Below, in pieces: positions 29,137 to 39,458 of a stretch of DNA of 64,000 nt; within the stretch, counting starts at the first letter, position 1, and each line of letters starts with the position of its first letter. This stretch comes from Bacteroidota bacterium. Its GTDB lineage: Bacteria; Bacteroidota; Bacteroidia; UBA4408. The stretch spans positions 146,005-210,004 of the forward strand of contig CAUJCU010000015.1 of assembly GCA_963169745.1 (NCBI GenBank), in the 5' to 3' direction. Made by a program: the position numbers and the translations under genes. Below the pieces are notes generated by a model. The model had not been told where the DNA came from, searched no databases, and saw only the letters and a program-made list of their open reading frames with translations.

Positions 29137-32100
29137 GTGAAAAACTTAGAACAAAAATCAAAAGATGAATTAATTGAATACATCAAATTGCTGCAAAGCA
29201 AGATTGATAATGTAAATCTATACTTCCCCGGCTTTGGTGTAATCAATAAGTATGAGAAAATCAATACACAAACTATTGATAAGTATCGACTTATGTTTCA
29301 AAAATCTAATGATGCCATTCTGGTTCTTAAAAAAAATATAGTTACCGAATGCAATTTTAAAAGCGAAAGTGTTTTTGGAATACACAAAGAGCATATTATT
29401 GGAAAATTTCTTTATGACTTTACACCCATGATTCAGCCTGATGGGTCAAATAGTAAAGAGAAAATTCACCAGTTTTTAAAAGAGAGTAACTCCAAGCACC
29501 AACAAATTCCATTACAAATTAAGATGTTGAAAAATGGGCTCAATTTGTTTGATGCAGAACTAAATTTTTCTGAATTTACAATTGATGAAGATACCTTTGT
29601 TTATCTCGTAATTAGAGATGTTTCAGAACGGATGGAGTTAAGCCGCCAGCTTAAAGATGAGTATGAAAAACGAATTGAAGAGCAAGATTTAACCCAAAGT
29701 GGAAATTGGGAATTTAATGCCAATAATTTTGATGTTTATTGGTCACCATCAGCCTATGCCATACATGACCTTTCACGCCATATAAAAGCACCCACATTAA
29801 ATGAATATTTTGCTCAATATGTGCACCCCGATGAGCATGATATTTTGTTTCAGGCAATTCAGGAAAGTATTAGAACGGGCCATAATTTTAGTATGGACTA
29901 CAAAATTAGGACCAAAAATCAAAAAATGAAATACCTGCATGTTAAGGGCAAAGCGGTATATCAGTTAAATGGTGAGGTTGATAAAGTTGTTGGTACAGTT
30001 GTAGATATTACAGAAAGAAAATTATTGGAAATTAAACTAAATGATAGTAAAGAGCAATATCAGAATTTGATTGAAAAATTGCCTGAAGGGGTAATTATCT
30101 ACAACCTCCAAAAAATACTGTATGCCAATATTAGTGCTTTTCAAATACCTAAGGTTAACTCTCTAAAAGAAGATTGTTCAGCATATTCAATTTTTGATTT
30201 TATTTTACCTCAATATAAAAATGAAGTTGAAAGAAAAATAAAGTTCCTAATTGAAGGCAAATCATTGGGAACTGTAGAAATGAGAATAAAAAATGCAGAG
30301 GGCAAAATTATAGATATTGAGGTTAGAAGTAACCCTGTGGTTCATAATGGAGAAGTGGCCATACAGGCTATTTTTTCAGAAATAACCTATAGAAAATATG
30401 TGGAACGGAAACTTCGTGAAAGTGAGCGCAGATTGAGTACCTTAATTGGTAATTTACAAGGAATGGTGTATAGGTGCAAAAATGATCCCTCTTGGACTAT
30501 GGAGTTTGTTAGCGATGGCTGTTTAGAGCTTACAGGTTATGATAGAGAAGCCATGTTAAATAATACATCTATACATTATAGCGAATTAATTCTTGATGAA
30601 GATAGGGAATCTGTTTGGCAAAAAGTACAAGAGGCGGTTTCAGAACGAAGAGTATTTACTCTTTCTTATCGTATTAGAACAAAAAATGGAACCATAAAAT
30701 GGCTCCACGAACAGGGTAAAGGTATTTTTGATGATCAAAATAAACTTTTGGCATTGGAGGGCTTTATTACCGATGTGTCAAGAGAAAAATATGCCGAAAT
30801 TGCCTTAAAGGAAAGATATAACGATTATAAGAATATTGTTGACTTTGTACCTGAAGGAATGCTTATACATAAGCACGGAACTATTGTTTTCGCAAATCAG
30901 GTAGCGCTCGGTATTTTTGGCTATAATACCAATGATGAGTTAAAAGGCCTTTCCATGATGAATTTTATTCTTCCGGAATTCCATGAAAAAGTTAAAAAGC
31001 GTGTTGAAGGCTCTTATAAAGGAATGCCTCAAACCTTTACTGAAATTAAGGTTTATACTCGAAATGGGGGGGTATTGGAAGTAGAAACTCGAAGTATTCC
31101 ATTTGTGTATGAAAACGAACAATGTGTTTTAGTTGCAGTTCACGCTATTGATGCTCAGAAACAGCTTGCAAAAGAAACTATAAGAGCAAAATTAGCTGAG
31201 GAAGCAAATGAAGCTTTAAAAAAGGAAATAGAGCAAAAAGTGATTGCTCAAAATGAATTAATTACTTCTCAGAACTATGTAAAGAATATCATTAATAGTT
31301 CGTTGGATATGATTATTGCCTCTGATAGGAACAATAAAGTAACGGAATTCAATAAAGCTGCGCAGATTGTTTATGGCTATAAAGAAAGTGAAATTATTGG
31401 ACAAGAGTTAAGTGTTTTAACATCTGCTCCTGAGGTGCTTTTGAAGGTTCAAGATGTACTGCATAAAGAAGGATACTTCTCAGGAGAGGTACTCAATATC
31501 AGAAAAAATGGGGAATTGTTCGATTGCTTCTTAACGGCTACTTTACTGCTCAACGAAAAAGGAGAGGTAATAGGAAGCATGGGGGTTTCGCGAGATTTAA
31601 CGAAACTAAAAAAAGATCGCGAACGCTTCCATCTAAGTGAAGAAAGATATAAAGCTATTTTCAACCAAGTTTTTGTTGGAATAGCTCGTTTAGACATATC
31701 CGGAAAGTTTACCCAGGTTAACCAAAGATTTTGTACTATATTAGGATATACAGAAGAAGAATTGTTAGAGCTTTATTTTCAAGATAAAAGCGTTGAGCAT
31801 ACTGTTAATGGCTTTGAGAATTTATTGGATTATTTAATTAGGAAAAAAATCAATGACTATACATTCGAGCAAAATTATTATCATAAAGATGGTCATATTG
31901 TAAATACCCAAATAAACATTTCATTAGTATTAAGTGCCAATAACAGCCCTATGTACTTTGTATTGGTTTGTGCTGATATTACTGAAAATAAGCGAAACCA
32001 TGAATTAGCCTTAAAACAAACGGCCAAGCTAAATTCATTAATTGAGAGCAGCAATTATATGGTAATGGCAATTGATAAAAAAGAAAGGCTAACAACATTT

Positions 32101-33417
32101 AATTCCAATACCACTAAATTCATAAAAGAATTTTATGGCATAGAGGCTCTAGTGGGTTTAGAAATGACCAAAGGCTCTTTAGTATCAAGTGTTAAAGCAA
32201 ACCAGTTTTGGATTAAGAGAGTTAAAGAAACATTAAAGGGAAAATCACAGTTTTTTGAATATGTTGCTTTTGATAAAGAAGGGCAACAAAAAAACTTTGA
32301 GTTCTATCTAACCCCTGTTAGAAGTGCAGAGAACATTATTAATGAAGTTGCTATTGTTGGTTACGATATTACTGAAAAGAAAAAAATCGAAGAAAAAATT
32401 ATTAACCAAGGAGCCAAATTAAGTGCAATTTTTGAAAACAGTTCACACCAAATTTATACCATTGACAAACTTTTTAAACTAACATCTTTTAATGAGCTTT
32501 TTGCTAAAACGTTGTATAAAGATTACGGTTTGGAAGCTACACTTGGAATGAATTTAAAAAAAGAGGCTCAAGTCCAAATGCCGGTATCGTATTTTAAGAA
32601 TTTTGTAAAATTACATAAGTCTGCTTTAAAAGGGAATGCCATACGTGTAGAATCAAAAGTGAAGGATACTAAAGAGCGCACTTCATATTATATGTTTTAC
32701 TTAGATCCCATTGTTTTGCCTGATGGAAAGATCAACGAAGTTTCATATATAGCACATGATATCACAGATAAAAAATTAGCCGAAAAGAGTATTGTAGAAT
32801 CTTTAAAAGAGAAAGAAATATTACTTAAAGAAGTACATCATAGAGTTAAAAATAATTTACAAGTAATTTCGAGCATACTTAATTTGCAAAGCGCTTATCA
32901 TAAAGATAAAAATACCGTTAATTTGTTTCGCGAATTACAAAATCGGGTCAGAACCATGAGTTTTATCCATGAAAGCCTCTACCAAACGAGTGACTTTAGT
33001 AACTTGAATTTTAGAGTTTATTTGGAGAATCTCATTGCCAATTTGATGCATAGTTATATGATTGACAATAATCAAATTGAAGTACAATTTGATTGCGATA
33101 ACTTATTTCTAAATTTAGATTTTTCAATTCCATGTGGATTAATAATCAATGAGCTGATTTCAAATGCTCTAAAATATGCATTTAACGATAATCAGAAAGG
33201 GGTGATACGCATATCTGTAAAAAAGTTGAAAAATAAAGTTACGTTTGTTGTAGCCGATAACGGAAAAGGGATTGCTCCTGAAATAGATATAAGAAACACA
33301 GAAACCTTAGGGTTACAATTAGTTGTATCTCTTGTTGACCAAATTTATGGTAAACTTTTTTACAAAGATTTGAATCCCGGAACCAAAATTAAGTTTACCT
33401 TTGAACTAAAAAGCTAA
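29137..33417 (+). CDS. cytoplasmic multi-PAS/PAC sensor histidine kinase with HisKA_2-type phosphoacceptor domain and HATPase_c
   Basis: 1426 aa, no TM segments, at least 7-8 PAS/PAC-like modules (repeated ...TDITERK..., ...ITDVSREK..., ...DITEKKK..., ...DITDKKLAEK... PAC ends). The kinase core has HHRVKNNLQVISSILNLQS (HisKA_2 H-box) and the N/G boxes (NELISNALKYAF, VADNGKGI, ETLGLQLV). Confidence 0.85.
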   Translation: MKNLEQKSKDELIEYIKLLQSKIDNVNLYFPGFGVINKYEKINTQTIDKYRLMFQKSNDAILVLKKNIVTECNFKSESVFGIHKEHIIGKFLYDFTPMIQPDGSNSKEKIHQFLKESNSKHQQIPLQIKMLKNGLNLFDAELNFSEFTIDEDTFVYLVIRDVSERMELSRQLKDEYEKRIEEQDLTQSGNWEFNANNFDVYWSPSAYAIHDLSRHIKAPTLNEYFAQYVHPDEHDILFQAIQESIRTGHNFSMDYKIRTKNQKMKYLHVKGKAVYQLNGEVDKVVGTVVDITERKLLEIKLNDSKEQYQNLIEKLPEGVIIYNLQKILYANISAFQIPKVNSLKEDCSAYSIFDFILPQYKNEVERKIKFLIEGKSLGTVEMRIKNAEGKIIDIEVRSNPVVHNGEVAIQAIFSEITYRKYVERKLRESERRLSTLIGNLQGMVYRCKNDPSWTMEFVSDGCLELTGYDREAMLNNTSIHYSELILDEDRESVWQKVQEAVSERRVFTLSYRIRTKNGTIKWLHEQGKGIFDDQNKLLALEGFITDVSREKYAEIALKERYNDYKNIVDFVPEGMLIHKHGTIVFANQVALGIFGYNTNDELKGLSMMNFILPEFHEKVKKRVEGSYKGMPQTFTEIKVYTRNGGVLEVETRSIPFVYENEQCVLVAVHAIDAQKQLAKETIRAKLAEEANEALKKEIEQKVIAQNELITSQNYVKNIINSSLDMIIASDRNNKVTEFNKAAQIVYGYKESEIIGQELSVLTSAPEVLLKVQDVLHKEGYFSGEVLNIRKNGELFDCFLTATLLLNEKGEVIGSMGVSRDLTKLKKDRERFHLSEERYKAIFNQVFVGIARLDISGKFTQVNQRFCTILGYTEEELLELYFQDKSVEHTVNGFENLLDYLIRKKINDYTFEQNYYHKDGHIVNTQINISLVLSANNSPMYFVLVCADITENKRNHELALKQTAKLNSLIESSNYMVMAIDKKERLTTFNSNTTKFIKEFYGIEALVGLEMTKGSLVSSVKANQFWIKRVKETLKGKSQFFEYVAFDKEGQQKNFEFYLTPVRSAENIINEVAIVGYDITEKKKIEEKIINQGAKLSAIFENSSHQIYTIDKLFKLTSFNELFAKTLYKDYGLEATLGMNLKKEAQVQMPVSYFKNFVKLHKSALKGNAIRVESKVKDTKERTSYYMFYLDPIVLPDGKINEVSYIAHDITDKKLAEKSIVESLKEKEILLKEVHHRVKNNLQVISSILNLQSAYHKDKNTVNLFRELQNRVRTMSFIHESLYQTSDFSNLNFRVYLENLIANLMHSYMIDNNQIEVQFDCDNLFLNLDFSIPCGLIINELISNALKYAFNDNQKGVIRISVKKLKNKVTFVVADNGKGIAPEIDIRNTETLGLQLVVSLVDQIYGKLFYKDLNPGTKIKFTFELKS

Positions 33418-33428
33418 CAATATTCAAA

Positions 33429-34187
33429 ATGAGTAAAACAAATATCTTAATAGTTGAGGACGAAAGCATAGTTGCCAAAGATATTCAACACAGCCTGAAA
33501 AACCTTGGATATAATGTAGTTGGCATTGTGCCAACCGGTGAAGGTGCTGTTGCTACAGCCGTAGAAAAAACGCCAGACTTGGTGCTTATGGACATTATGT
33601 TGAAGGGCACAATGAGCGGCATAGATGCTGCCCAAGAGATAAAGGAAAAGCTTAATATCCCGGTTATATTTTTAACTGCTTATGCCGATCAAATTACTTT
33701 TAATAAAGCTAAAATTACCGAGCCTTATGGGTATCTTATTAAGCCATTTAAAGAAATTGATTTGCATACTTCAATCGAGATGGCTATTTATAAACATGAG
33801 AAAGTTAGTGATGTAGAGAAAGAAAGGGATTTTTTATATTCTCTTGTTGAAAATAAAGAATCGTCTGTAAAAGATAGTATATTTATTAGAGCCAATAGCA
33901 GATTAACAAAAGTAAAAAATAAGGATATTGTTTTTATTGAAGCCCTAAAGGATTACGTAACAGTAAATGCTATTAATACACGCTATACCATTCATAGCAC
34001 AATGAAAGATATATTAGTGAAACTTCCACCTACCGAGTTTATCAGAATTCATCGCTCTTTTATTGTACGTATTGACCGTATTGCAGCTATCGAATACCCA
34101 AATCTAATTTTAGATATAGATAAAAAGGTATTGCCTATAGGTGGCTCATACAGAAACGATTTGCTGAATAAAATTAACTTGATCTAA
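33429..34187 (+). CDS. two-component response regulator, receiver + LytTR DNA-binding domain
   Basis: Receiver motifs (ILIVEDE, DLVLMDIML, phospho-Asp in LMD, FLTA). C-terminal LytTR (FIRIHRSFIV…). 11 bp downstream of the kinase. Confidence 0.85.
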   Translation: MSKTNILIVEDESIVAKDIQHSLKNLGYNVVGIVPTGEGAVATAVEKTPDLVLMDIMLKGTMSGIDAAQEIKEKLNIPVIFLTAYADQITFNKAKITEPYGYLIKPFKEIDLHTSIEMAIYKHEKVSDVEKERDFLYSLVENKESSVKDSIFIRANSRLTKVKNKDIVFIEALKDYVTVNAINTRYTIHSTMKDILVKLPPTEFIRIHRSFIVRIDRIAAIEYPNLILDIDKKVLPIGGSYRNDLLNKINLI

Positions 34188-34191
34188 CTTC

Positions 34192-34758
34192 TTGTTACAC
34201 CTATTTGCTCTCTTCTTTAAACTAAAGGGATGGAAACTAAATGGCTTTATTCCTACGCACATAACCAAATGTGTAATTATAGCAGCACCTCATACAAGTA
34301 ATTGGGATTTTGTTTACTCTTTAGGAGCCCTCAAAATATTGGGTTATAAAGTAAGTTATATGGTAAAAAGTGAACTGTTTTTTTTCCCTTTTTCTATTCT
34401 CCTAAAAAAATCTGGAGCTATTGCTGTAAATAGAAAATCAAGCAATAATGTTGTTGATCAAATGGTAAAACAAATCAAAGATGCTGATTCTATATACTTA
34501 ATGCTTTCGGCCGAAGGAACAAGGAAAAGAGTAGATAAGTGGAAATCTGGTTTCTATTATGTAGCACAAAAGGCACAGGTTCCTGTTTGCACAGGATATT
34601 TAGATTATAAAAAAAAAGAAGCAGGTTTTGGACCCGTAATTTCATTAACCGGTAATGTAACTCATGATATGGGAAAAATCAAGGATTTTTATAGTACAAT
34701 TACACCCCATACCCCTGAAAATTTTAATCAAGATGGAATTATTATTAAAACACAATAA
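34192..34758 (+). CDS. 1-acyl-sn-glycerol-3-phosphate acyltransferase-like (PlsC-family) acyltransferase
   Basis: HxxxxD acyltransferase motif (HTSNWD), AEGTR motif (LSAEGTRKR); 188 aa. Starts 4 bp after the response regulator stop. Confidence 0.65.
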   Translation: MLHLFALFFKLKGWKLNGFIPTHITKCVIIAAPHTSNWDFVYSLGALKILGYKVSYMVKSELFFFPFSILLKKSGAIAVNRKSSNNVVDQMVKQIKDADSIYLMLSAEGTRKRVDKWKSGFYYVAQKAQVPVCTGYLDYKKKEAGFGPVISLTGNVTHDMGKIKDFYSTITPHTPENFNQDGIIIKTQ

Positions 34759-34779
34759 AAATTACCTAAAGAATTAATT

Positions 34780-36276
34780 TTATTGTGTGCCGCTAATACG
34801 ATTTGCATTTTCTAAAATGACAAATCCATTTTCTTGATAAATTTCTTTTAAAGAGCTAAAGTTGTAGCCCATATAATCAGTTATAGGTTTCTTTTTAGAA
34901 AGTACTATATAAGCAATTTGTCCATTGTTATAGGCTTGTTTATATTTACTGTAATTAAATGGAGATAAGCGAGGTACAATTTCCTTATTTGGAATTACTA
35001 TATGACGAGCTAACATAGCGTTAATGTGGGGGTCAAAACAGAGAAAGTAGTTTCCTAGAGCAAGTTTCTTAGCCATAATTTGAGCTACCTTTTGCTTTTC
35101 ATTATATTCTTTCTTACTGGCTCTTATATTGTAATAGTACTCATGAAAAAAGCCTTGCATTAGGGCATTTCCCATTAGTGATATGATCACTACAGCAATG
35201 AATAATAATGCTGTTTGTGCAATATTCTTTCCCACATTATGAAGTGATATTTTATTCATTTGCTGGGCTGCTAATATAATTACAGCAACAATAAATTCAT
35301 TGTAGTAATTAACCCATGAACCCTCTTTAGCACTTGTAACTAGGGCAAAAACAAATAATCCAATGATATTAAAACTTAAAAATCGAACACGATCAGAACT
35401 TTCTTTTTTAAAATACAAATAAGAAAGAAAAAAGCCGCAAATAAATAGAAGCTGTGATCTAAAATACAAATTTGAGAATACTTCATAAGTACGTATCAAA
35501 GAAAAACCATTGCGAAGCCCTCTTGTGGTATTAACGAAAAAATTTTCACCATAAACACCATAAAAGGTCAAATATACAAAGCCAAATAAAAACGCTTGCA
35601 TAATACAAACTTTCAGAAATAATTTATACTCTCTGTTTAGAAGTATAAAAAAAGGTATGATAATTATAAACTGAAGCCCACTTTGCTTGACAAAAAAAGA
35701 TAGTGTTGCGAATAGCACTCCTAAATACAAGAAAATGTTTTTTTTAGGCAGACTAAAGTAGGCTATAAAACAGTACAGATATAAAACAGAAAAAAGACTG
35801 AATAGGGCATCTGGCCGAACTGCAAAATGAACTTTAGTGAGACTTATAAAATAGATTATACTAGCTATAAATGCTATTTCGTACCTTGTTTTTAGGACAG
35901 AAAACAATAGTTTATAAATAAAAATTACAGTCAGTATGTTGAACAACAGGCTTACAATTCTCCCGGTCAAATAAATCTCGTGTAAATGGTATAATGGTTT
36001 TAATCCCATTAGCTTACAAAGTAATATCGGTAAATAGTATGATAAAGGAGTATATTGTGTAATTGCAAAATTCTCAGCTTCAGGATTACTGTATAATTTC
36101 CCCCCTTCAAGCACATTGCATATACTATACACAACATTGTTTTCAACACCTCCAATATCAGCCGAATAAGAAGTAATGAGACCAATTACTAAAATTACAA
36201 ATAAAAAGGCTATGGCTTTACTATAACCTGTTATCCATTTTAATAATGGGAAGTTCTTATGCTCAGGTACTTTCAA
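34780..36276 (-). CDS. polytopic membrane protein, putative GT-C fold glycosyltransferase (ArnT/PMT/GT39-83-like)
   Basis: 498 aa, ~11-13 predicted TM helices with a loop-rich N-terminal third and a C-terminal soluble tail. Architecture resembles lipid-linked-sugar transferases. No diagnostic motif confirmed by eye. Confidence 0.4.
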   Translation of the reverse strand: MKVPEHKNFPLLKWITGYSKAIAFLFVILVIGLITSYSADIGGVENNVVYSICNVLEGGKLYSNPEAENFAITQYTPLSYYLPILLCKLMGLKPLYHLHEIYLTGRIVSLLFNILTVIFIYKLLFSVLKTRYEIAFIASIIYFISLTKVHFAVRPDALFSLFSVLYLYCFIAYFSLPKKNIFLYLGVLFATLSFFVKQSGLQFIIIIPFFILLNREYKLFLKVCIMQAFLFGFVYLTFYGVYGENFFVNTTRGLRNGFSLIRTYEVFSNLYFRSQLLFICGFFLSYLYFKKESSDRVRFLSFNIIGLFVFALVTSAKEGSWVNYYNEFIVAVIILAAQQMNKISLHNVGKNIAQTALLFIAVVIISLMGNALMQGFFHEYYYNIRASKKEYNEKQKVAQIMAKKLALGNYFLCFDPHINAMLARHIVIPNKEIVPRLSPFNYSKYKQAYNNGQIAYIVLSKKKPITDYMGYNFSSLKEIYQENGFVILENANRISGTQ

Positions 36277-36378
36277 GATACTGAAATATGGTTTAAATAC
36301 AAAGCAAATGTATAATAAATACGATGAAAAATTAAGTCTTAAATAAGACTGTCAACTTGTAAAGCAAGTTCCACAACT

Positions 36379-36954
36379 TTACATACTATGCTCTATACCT
36401 TGCACCAGTAAATGAATTATTTTAATGTGTATTTCTTGTGCCCTGTCAGAATATTTTGAGTAGGGTGCCCTAATTTCAATATCAGCCATCTCAGAAAGTT
36501 GCCCTCCGTTTTTTCCGGTAAGGGCTATTATTTTCATTTGTTTTTTTCGGGCGCATTGAACAGCTTTAAGTACATTGGCCGAGTTGCCACTAGTACTTAT
36601 AGCTAACAATATATCTCCGCTAACGCCAACTCCATCAATATAACGCGAAAAAACAGAATCAAACCCATAGTCATTGGCTGTACAAGTAATATACGCTGGG
36701 TCAGATATGGCAATAGCCGGCCACGGTTGACGGTCATCTCTGTACCGACCGGTTAGTTCTTCGGCAAAATGCATGGCATCACTCATGCTACCCCCGTTGC
36801 CACAACTAATTATTTTTTTTTGATCTTTTAATGCAGCTACCATTAAATTAACAGCATCCTCTATCAATGAAATGTTTTTAGGTTCATTTATAAAAATATT
36901 TAACAGGGCAGATGCTTCTTGTAGTTCAGTGAGTATCTGTTGTTTGATAGGCAT
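36379..36954 (-). CDS. gmhA: D-sedoheptulose-7-phosphate isomerase (GmhA, SIS domain)
   Basis: SCGNGGSMSDAMHFAEEL matches the GmhA SIS motif (GNGGSxxDAxHFAxEL); 191 aa. Confidence 0.8.
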   Translation of the reverse strand: MPIKQQILTELQEASALLNIFINEPKNISLIEDAVNLMVAALKDQKKIISCGNGGSMSDAMHFAEELTGRYRDDRQPWPAIAISDPAYITCTANDYGFDSVFSRYIDGVGVSGDILLAISTSGNSANVLKAVQCARKKQMKIIALTGKNGGQLSEMADIEIRAPYSKYSDRAQEIHIKIIHLLVQGIEHSM

Positions 36955-36967
36955 AAGAAGAAATTAA

Positions 36968-38008
36968 TTAATTTTTCATAACCCAAGCATCAGAACCTTG
37001 GGCTTTAATATTTTGAATGGTTTGTTGTGCGTCATTAAAACTATTGAAACGACCACAAGAAACTCGATACAAACCACTTGGAGAACGCTCCATTAACTGT
37101 GCTTGAATATTTTTAGTCTCCAATATTTGGATTTGCCGTTCGGCATTTTCTAATATAGAAAAACAACCCGAAATAACTATAAAATTTCCAAGTTCATTAA
37201 AAGTATTGTGTGTTGTAATAGGGGCATTCAATTGTTCAACTGCGTTTTTAGAGACATTTTCTAAATTATTTATAGCTGCGTTTGAATGTTCTGAAGTTAC
37301 AGCTTCAGCCATTTGCAAGGGCACAATTAAGGCTTCTTGAAGTTGAAACTGATGCGCATTTGGGGTGTATAACTTAACTTCTTCAGAACTATTGAAATAA
37401 CCCGATGTTTGAATGGCAATTCTGTTCTTTAAATCGGAGCCAAAAGGAGCTAAATACAATGCTAGGGCAATTGGAATCATTAATAAAGGCACAAGATACT
37501 TTTGATATACTTTTGTTTTTGACTTCTCTTTTTTAGTAGGCCGATCAATAAAAGTCTTTTCAACTTTTAAGCGTGTAGCTTCACGTTTTATAGTAGCTGA
37601 CTGAAAATTGAAGAGTCCAAATGACTCGGTATTATAGTTAACACTGTTAGATGGGAAAAATTGAATGTTTTTTTCAACATCTAACTTTAAAAAACCTGTT
37701 GAATTAATTGTAACTTTTTCACCGGTAGCAAGTAGATGCTTTATTTTAAAAACTTCTTTTTCAATAAATTCTAAAGCTTCAGGATAAGCTATAGATTCTT
37801 TTTGAGCGATATAATTAGCCAGTAAACCATCATTAACTGTGAGGCTTTTATTAAATGCAATTTGTTTGCAGGGGGCAGTAAATATATGTTGTGTAGGATG
37901 AATCTCAGCCCCTTTGTAATTTCCAACAAAACCACCAAAAGCAGGAATAATAACACAGTTGTGCTCATAAAGCAATTCGTGAATATAACTATCTATTTTT
38001 AATTCCAT
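36968..38008 (-). CDS. HU-like (HU-CCDC81-type) N-terminal domain + C-terminal SPOR domain protein
   Basis: N-terminus ELLYEHNCVIIPAFGGFVGNYKGAEIHPTQHIFTAP… resembles the HU/IHF-like DNA-binding fold found fused to SPOR in Bacteroidota. The middle has a TM/basic linker (TKKEKSKTKVYQKYLVPLLMIPIALALYL). The C-terminal SPOR is YRVSCGRFNSFNDAQQTIQNIKAQGSDAWV. Start assumed at the internal MELKID. Confidence 0.6.
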   Translation of the reverse strand: MELKIDSYIHELLYEHNCVIIPAFGGFVGNYKGAEIHPTQHIFTAPCKQIAFNKSLTVNDGLLANYIAQKESIAYPEALEFIEKEVFKIKHLLATGEKVTINSTGFLKLDVEKNIQFFPSNSVNYNTESFGLFNFQSATIKREATRLKVEKTFIDRPTKKEKSKTKVYQKYLVPLLMIPIALALYLAPFGSDLKNRIAIQTSGYFNSSEEVKLYTPNAHQFQLQEALIVPLQMAEAVTSEHSNAAINNLENVSKNAVEQLNAPITTHNTFNELGNFIVISGCFSILENAERQIQILETKNIQAQLMERSPSGLYRVSCGRFNSFNDAQQTIQNIKAQGSDAWVMKN

Positions 38009-38313
38009 ACTCCAAATATAGGTATTAATTACCAATTACAGGCTAAGAAAAAAAAGGTAGCCACCTTAACTATATGAATGGCAATAAAAACAAAAAAAAA
38101 TCGTTTTTACAATGAGGTCTATTTGTTTTAAATTTTATGATTTTGATAAAATTTTTAAACAGATGAAAGTGAGAAAAAGTGGATACGTTAAAAAAATGCA
38201 ATTTCTTTTATTTAAAGAAACAATTTTTTAAATTTGATAGTAACATTAACTAGAAAGAATAATACTTATTAGAGTATATAAAATATTTTTAACTAACCTA
38301 AAAATAAATCATC

Positions 38314-38517
38314 ATGTCAAAAATGTTAGAACTCAGCAAAAAAATTTTGACTAAGGTAAGTTTTGATAAATCGCTGTTCAAAAAGGAATTAATAAAAGCA
38401 CAGAATTTGTTGGTAGCTGAAGAAAAAATTATGCTTAAAATATGGTGTCTGGCTACCTTTGGATATGTGTATCGCGATGTTATTATGCACGTATTCCGAA
38501 ATGTTTCTAAGACCTGA
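38314..38517 (+). CDS. hypothetical small protein (67 aa)
   Basis: Isolated ORF on the opposite strand between two minus-strand genes. Overlaps the queG stop by 11 nt. No motifs. Confidence 0.2.
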   Translation: MSKMLELSKKILTKVSFDKSLFKKELIKAQNLLVAEEKIMLKIWCLATFGYVYRDVIMHVFRNVSKT

Positions 38518-39439
38518 TAAATTTTAGATTCCGAATCAGTCCTTTATACTTGGTGCGTTTAACCGCTGATTTTTTGAAAATAGTTTGAAAAATATCTTCA
38601 GTTATTTCCATCCATTCTGCCTCATTTAAATTGAGCATAGCCTCATTAGGTTTGAATGCATCATTTTGATGCGCTTTAGAAAATCGGTTCCACGGACACA
38701 CATCTTGGCAAATATCGCATCCAAAAGCCCAATCTTCAAACTGCCCTTTAAATGATTCGGGTATCTCATCTTTTAATTCAATAGTAAGGTAACTTATACA
38801 CTTTGATGCATCAAGTTGATACGGTGCTATTATGGCATCGGTAGGGCAAGCATCAATACATCGGGTACACGTTCCGCAGTAGTCTTTAATGGCATGGTCA
38901 GGTTCTAATACCAAGTCAGTAATTAGCTCAGCAATAAAATAAAATGAGCCATGATTTTTATTGATAATAGTTGTGTTTTTTCCCATCCATCCTAAACCCG
39001 ATTTTTTTGCCCATACTTTATCCATTACCGGAGCCGAGTCAACAAATACACGACCTTCAATTGGACCAATTTTTTCTTTTAAAACGCTCATGAGTTCAAA
39101 CAACTTGTCTTTGATAAGCTCATGGTAATCATCACTAAAAGCATATTTACTTATTTTTGGCGCATTGGGGTCGGTTTGTTTTTTGGAGGGGTAATAATTT
39201 TGCATCAAAGAAATAACACTTTTAGCACCTGGAACTAGAATTCTGGGGTCAAGTCGTTTGTCAAAGTAATTCGCCAGATAGCCCATTGAACCATGATAGT
39301 TTTGGGTTAACCAATTTTCAAGATAGCGGGCTTCATCTTCCAAGAAGCTAGCTTGTGATATTCCACAAAAATCAAAACCCAATCGTGCGGCCTCCTGTTT
39401 AACAATAAAAGTATTTTTCTGAATGTTACTGTATGACAT
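38507..39439 (-). CDS. queG: tRNA epoxyqueuosine(34) reductase QueG
   Basis: Two 4Fe-4S ferredoxin motifs ([23 protein letters not shown]) in the QueG arrangement, 310 aa. Confidence 0.85.
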   Translation of the reverse strand: MSYSNIQKNTFIVKQEAARLGFDFCGISQASFLEDEARYLENWLTQNYHGSMGYLANYFDKRLDPRILVPGAKSVISLMQNYYPSKKQTDPNAPKISKYAFSDDYHELIKDKLFELMSVLKEKIGPIEGRVFVDSAPVMDKVWAKKSGLGWMGKNTTIINKNHGSFYFIAELITDLVLEPDHAIKDYCGTCTRCIDACPTDAIIAPYQLDASKCISYLTIELKDEIPESFKGQFEDWAFGCDICQDVCPWNRFSKAHQNDAFKPNEAMLNLNEAEWMEITEDIFQTIFKKSAVKRTKYKGLIRNLKFIRS

Positions 39440-39458
39440 GAATTAAAAGAATCCCATA

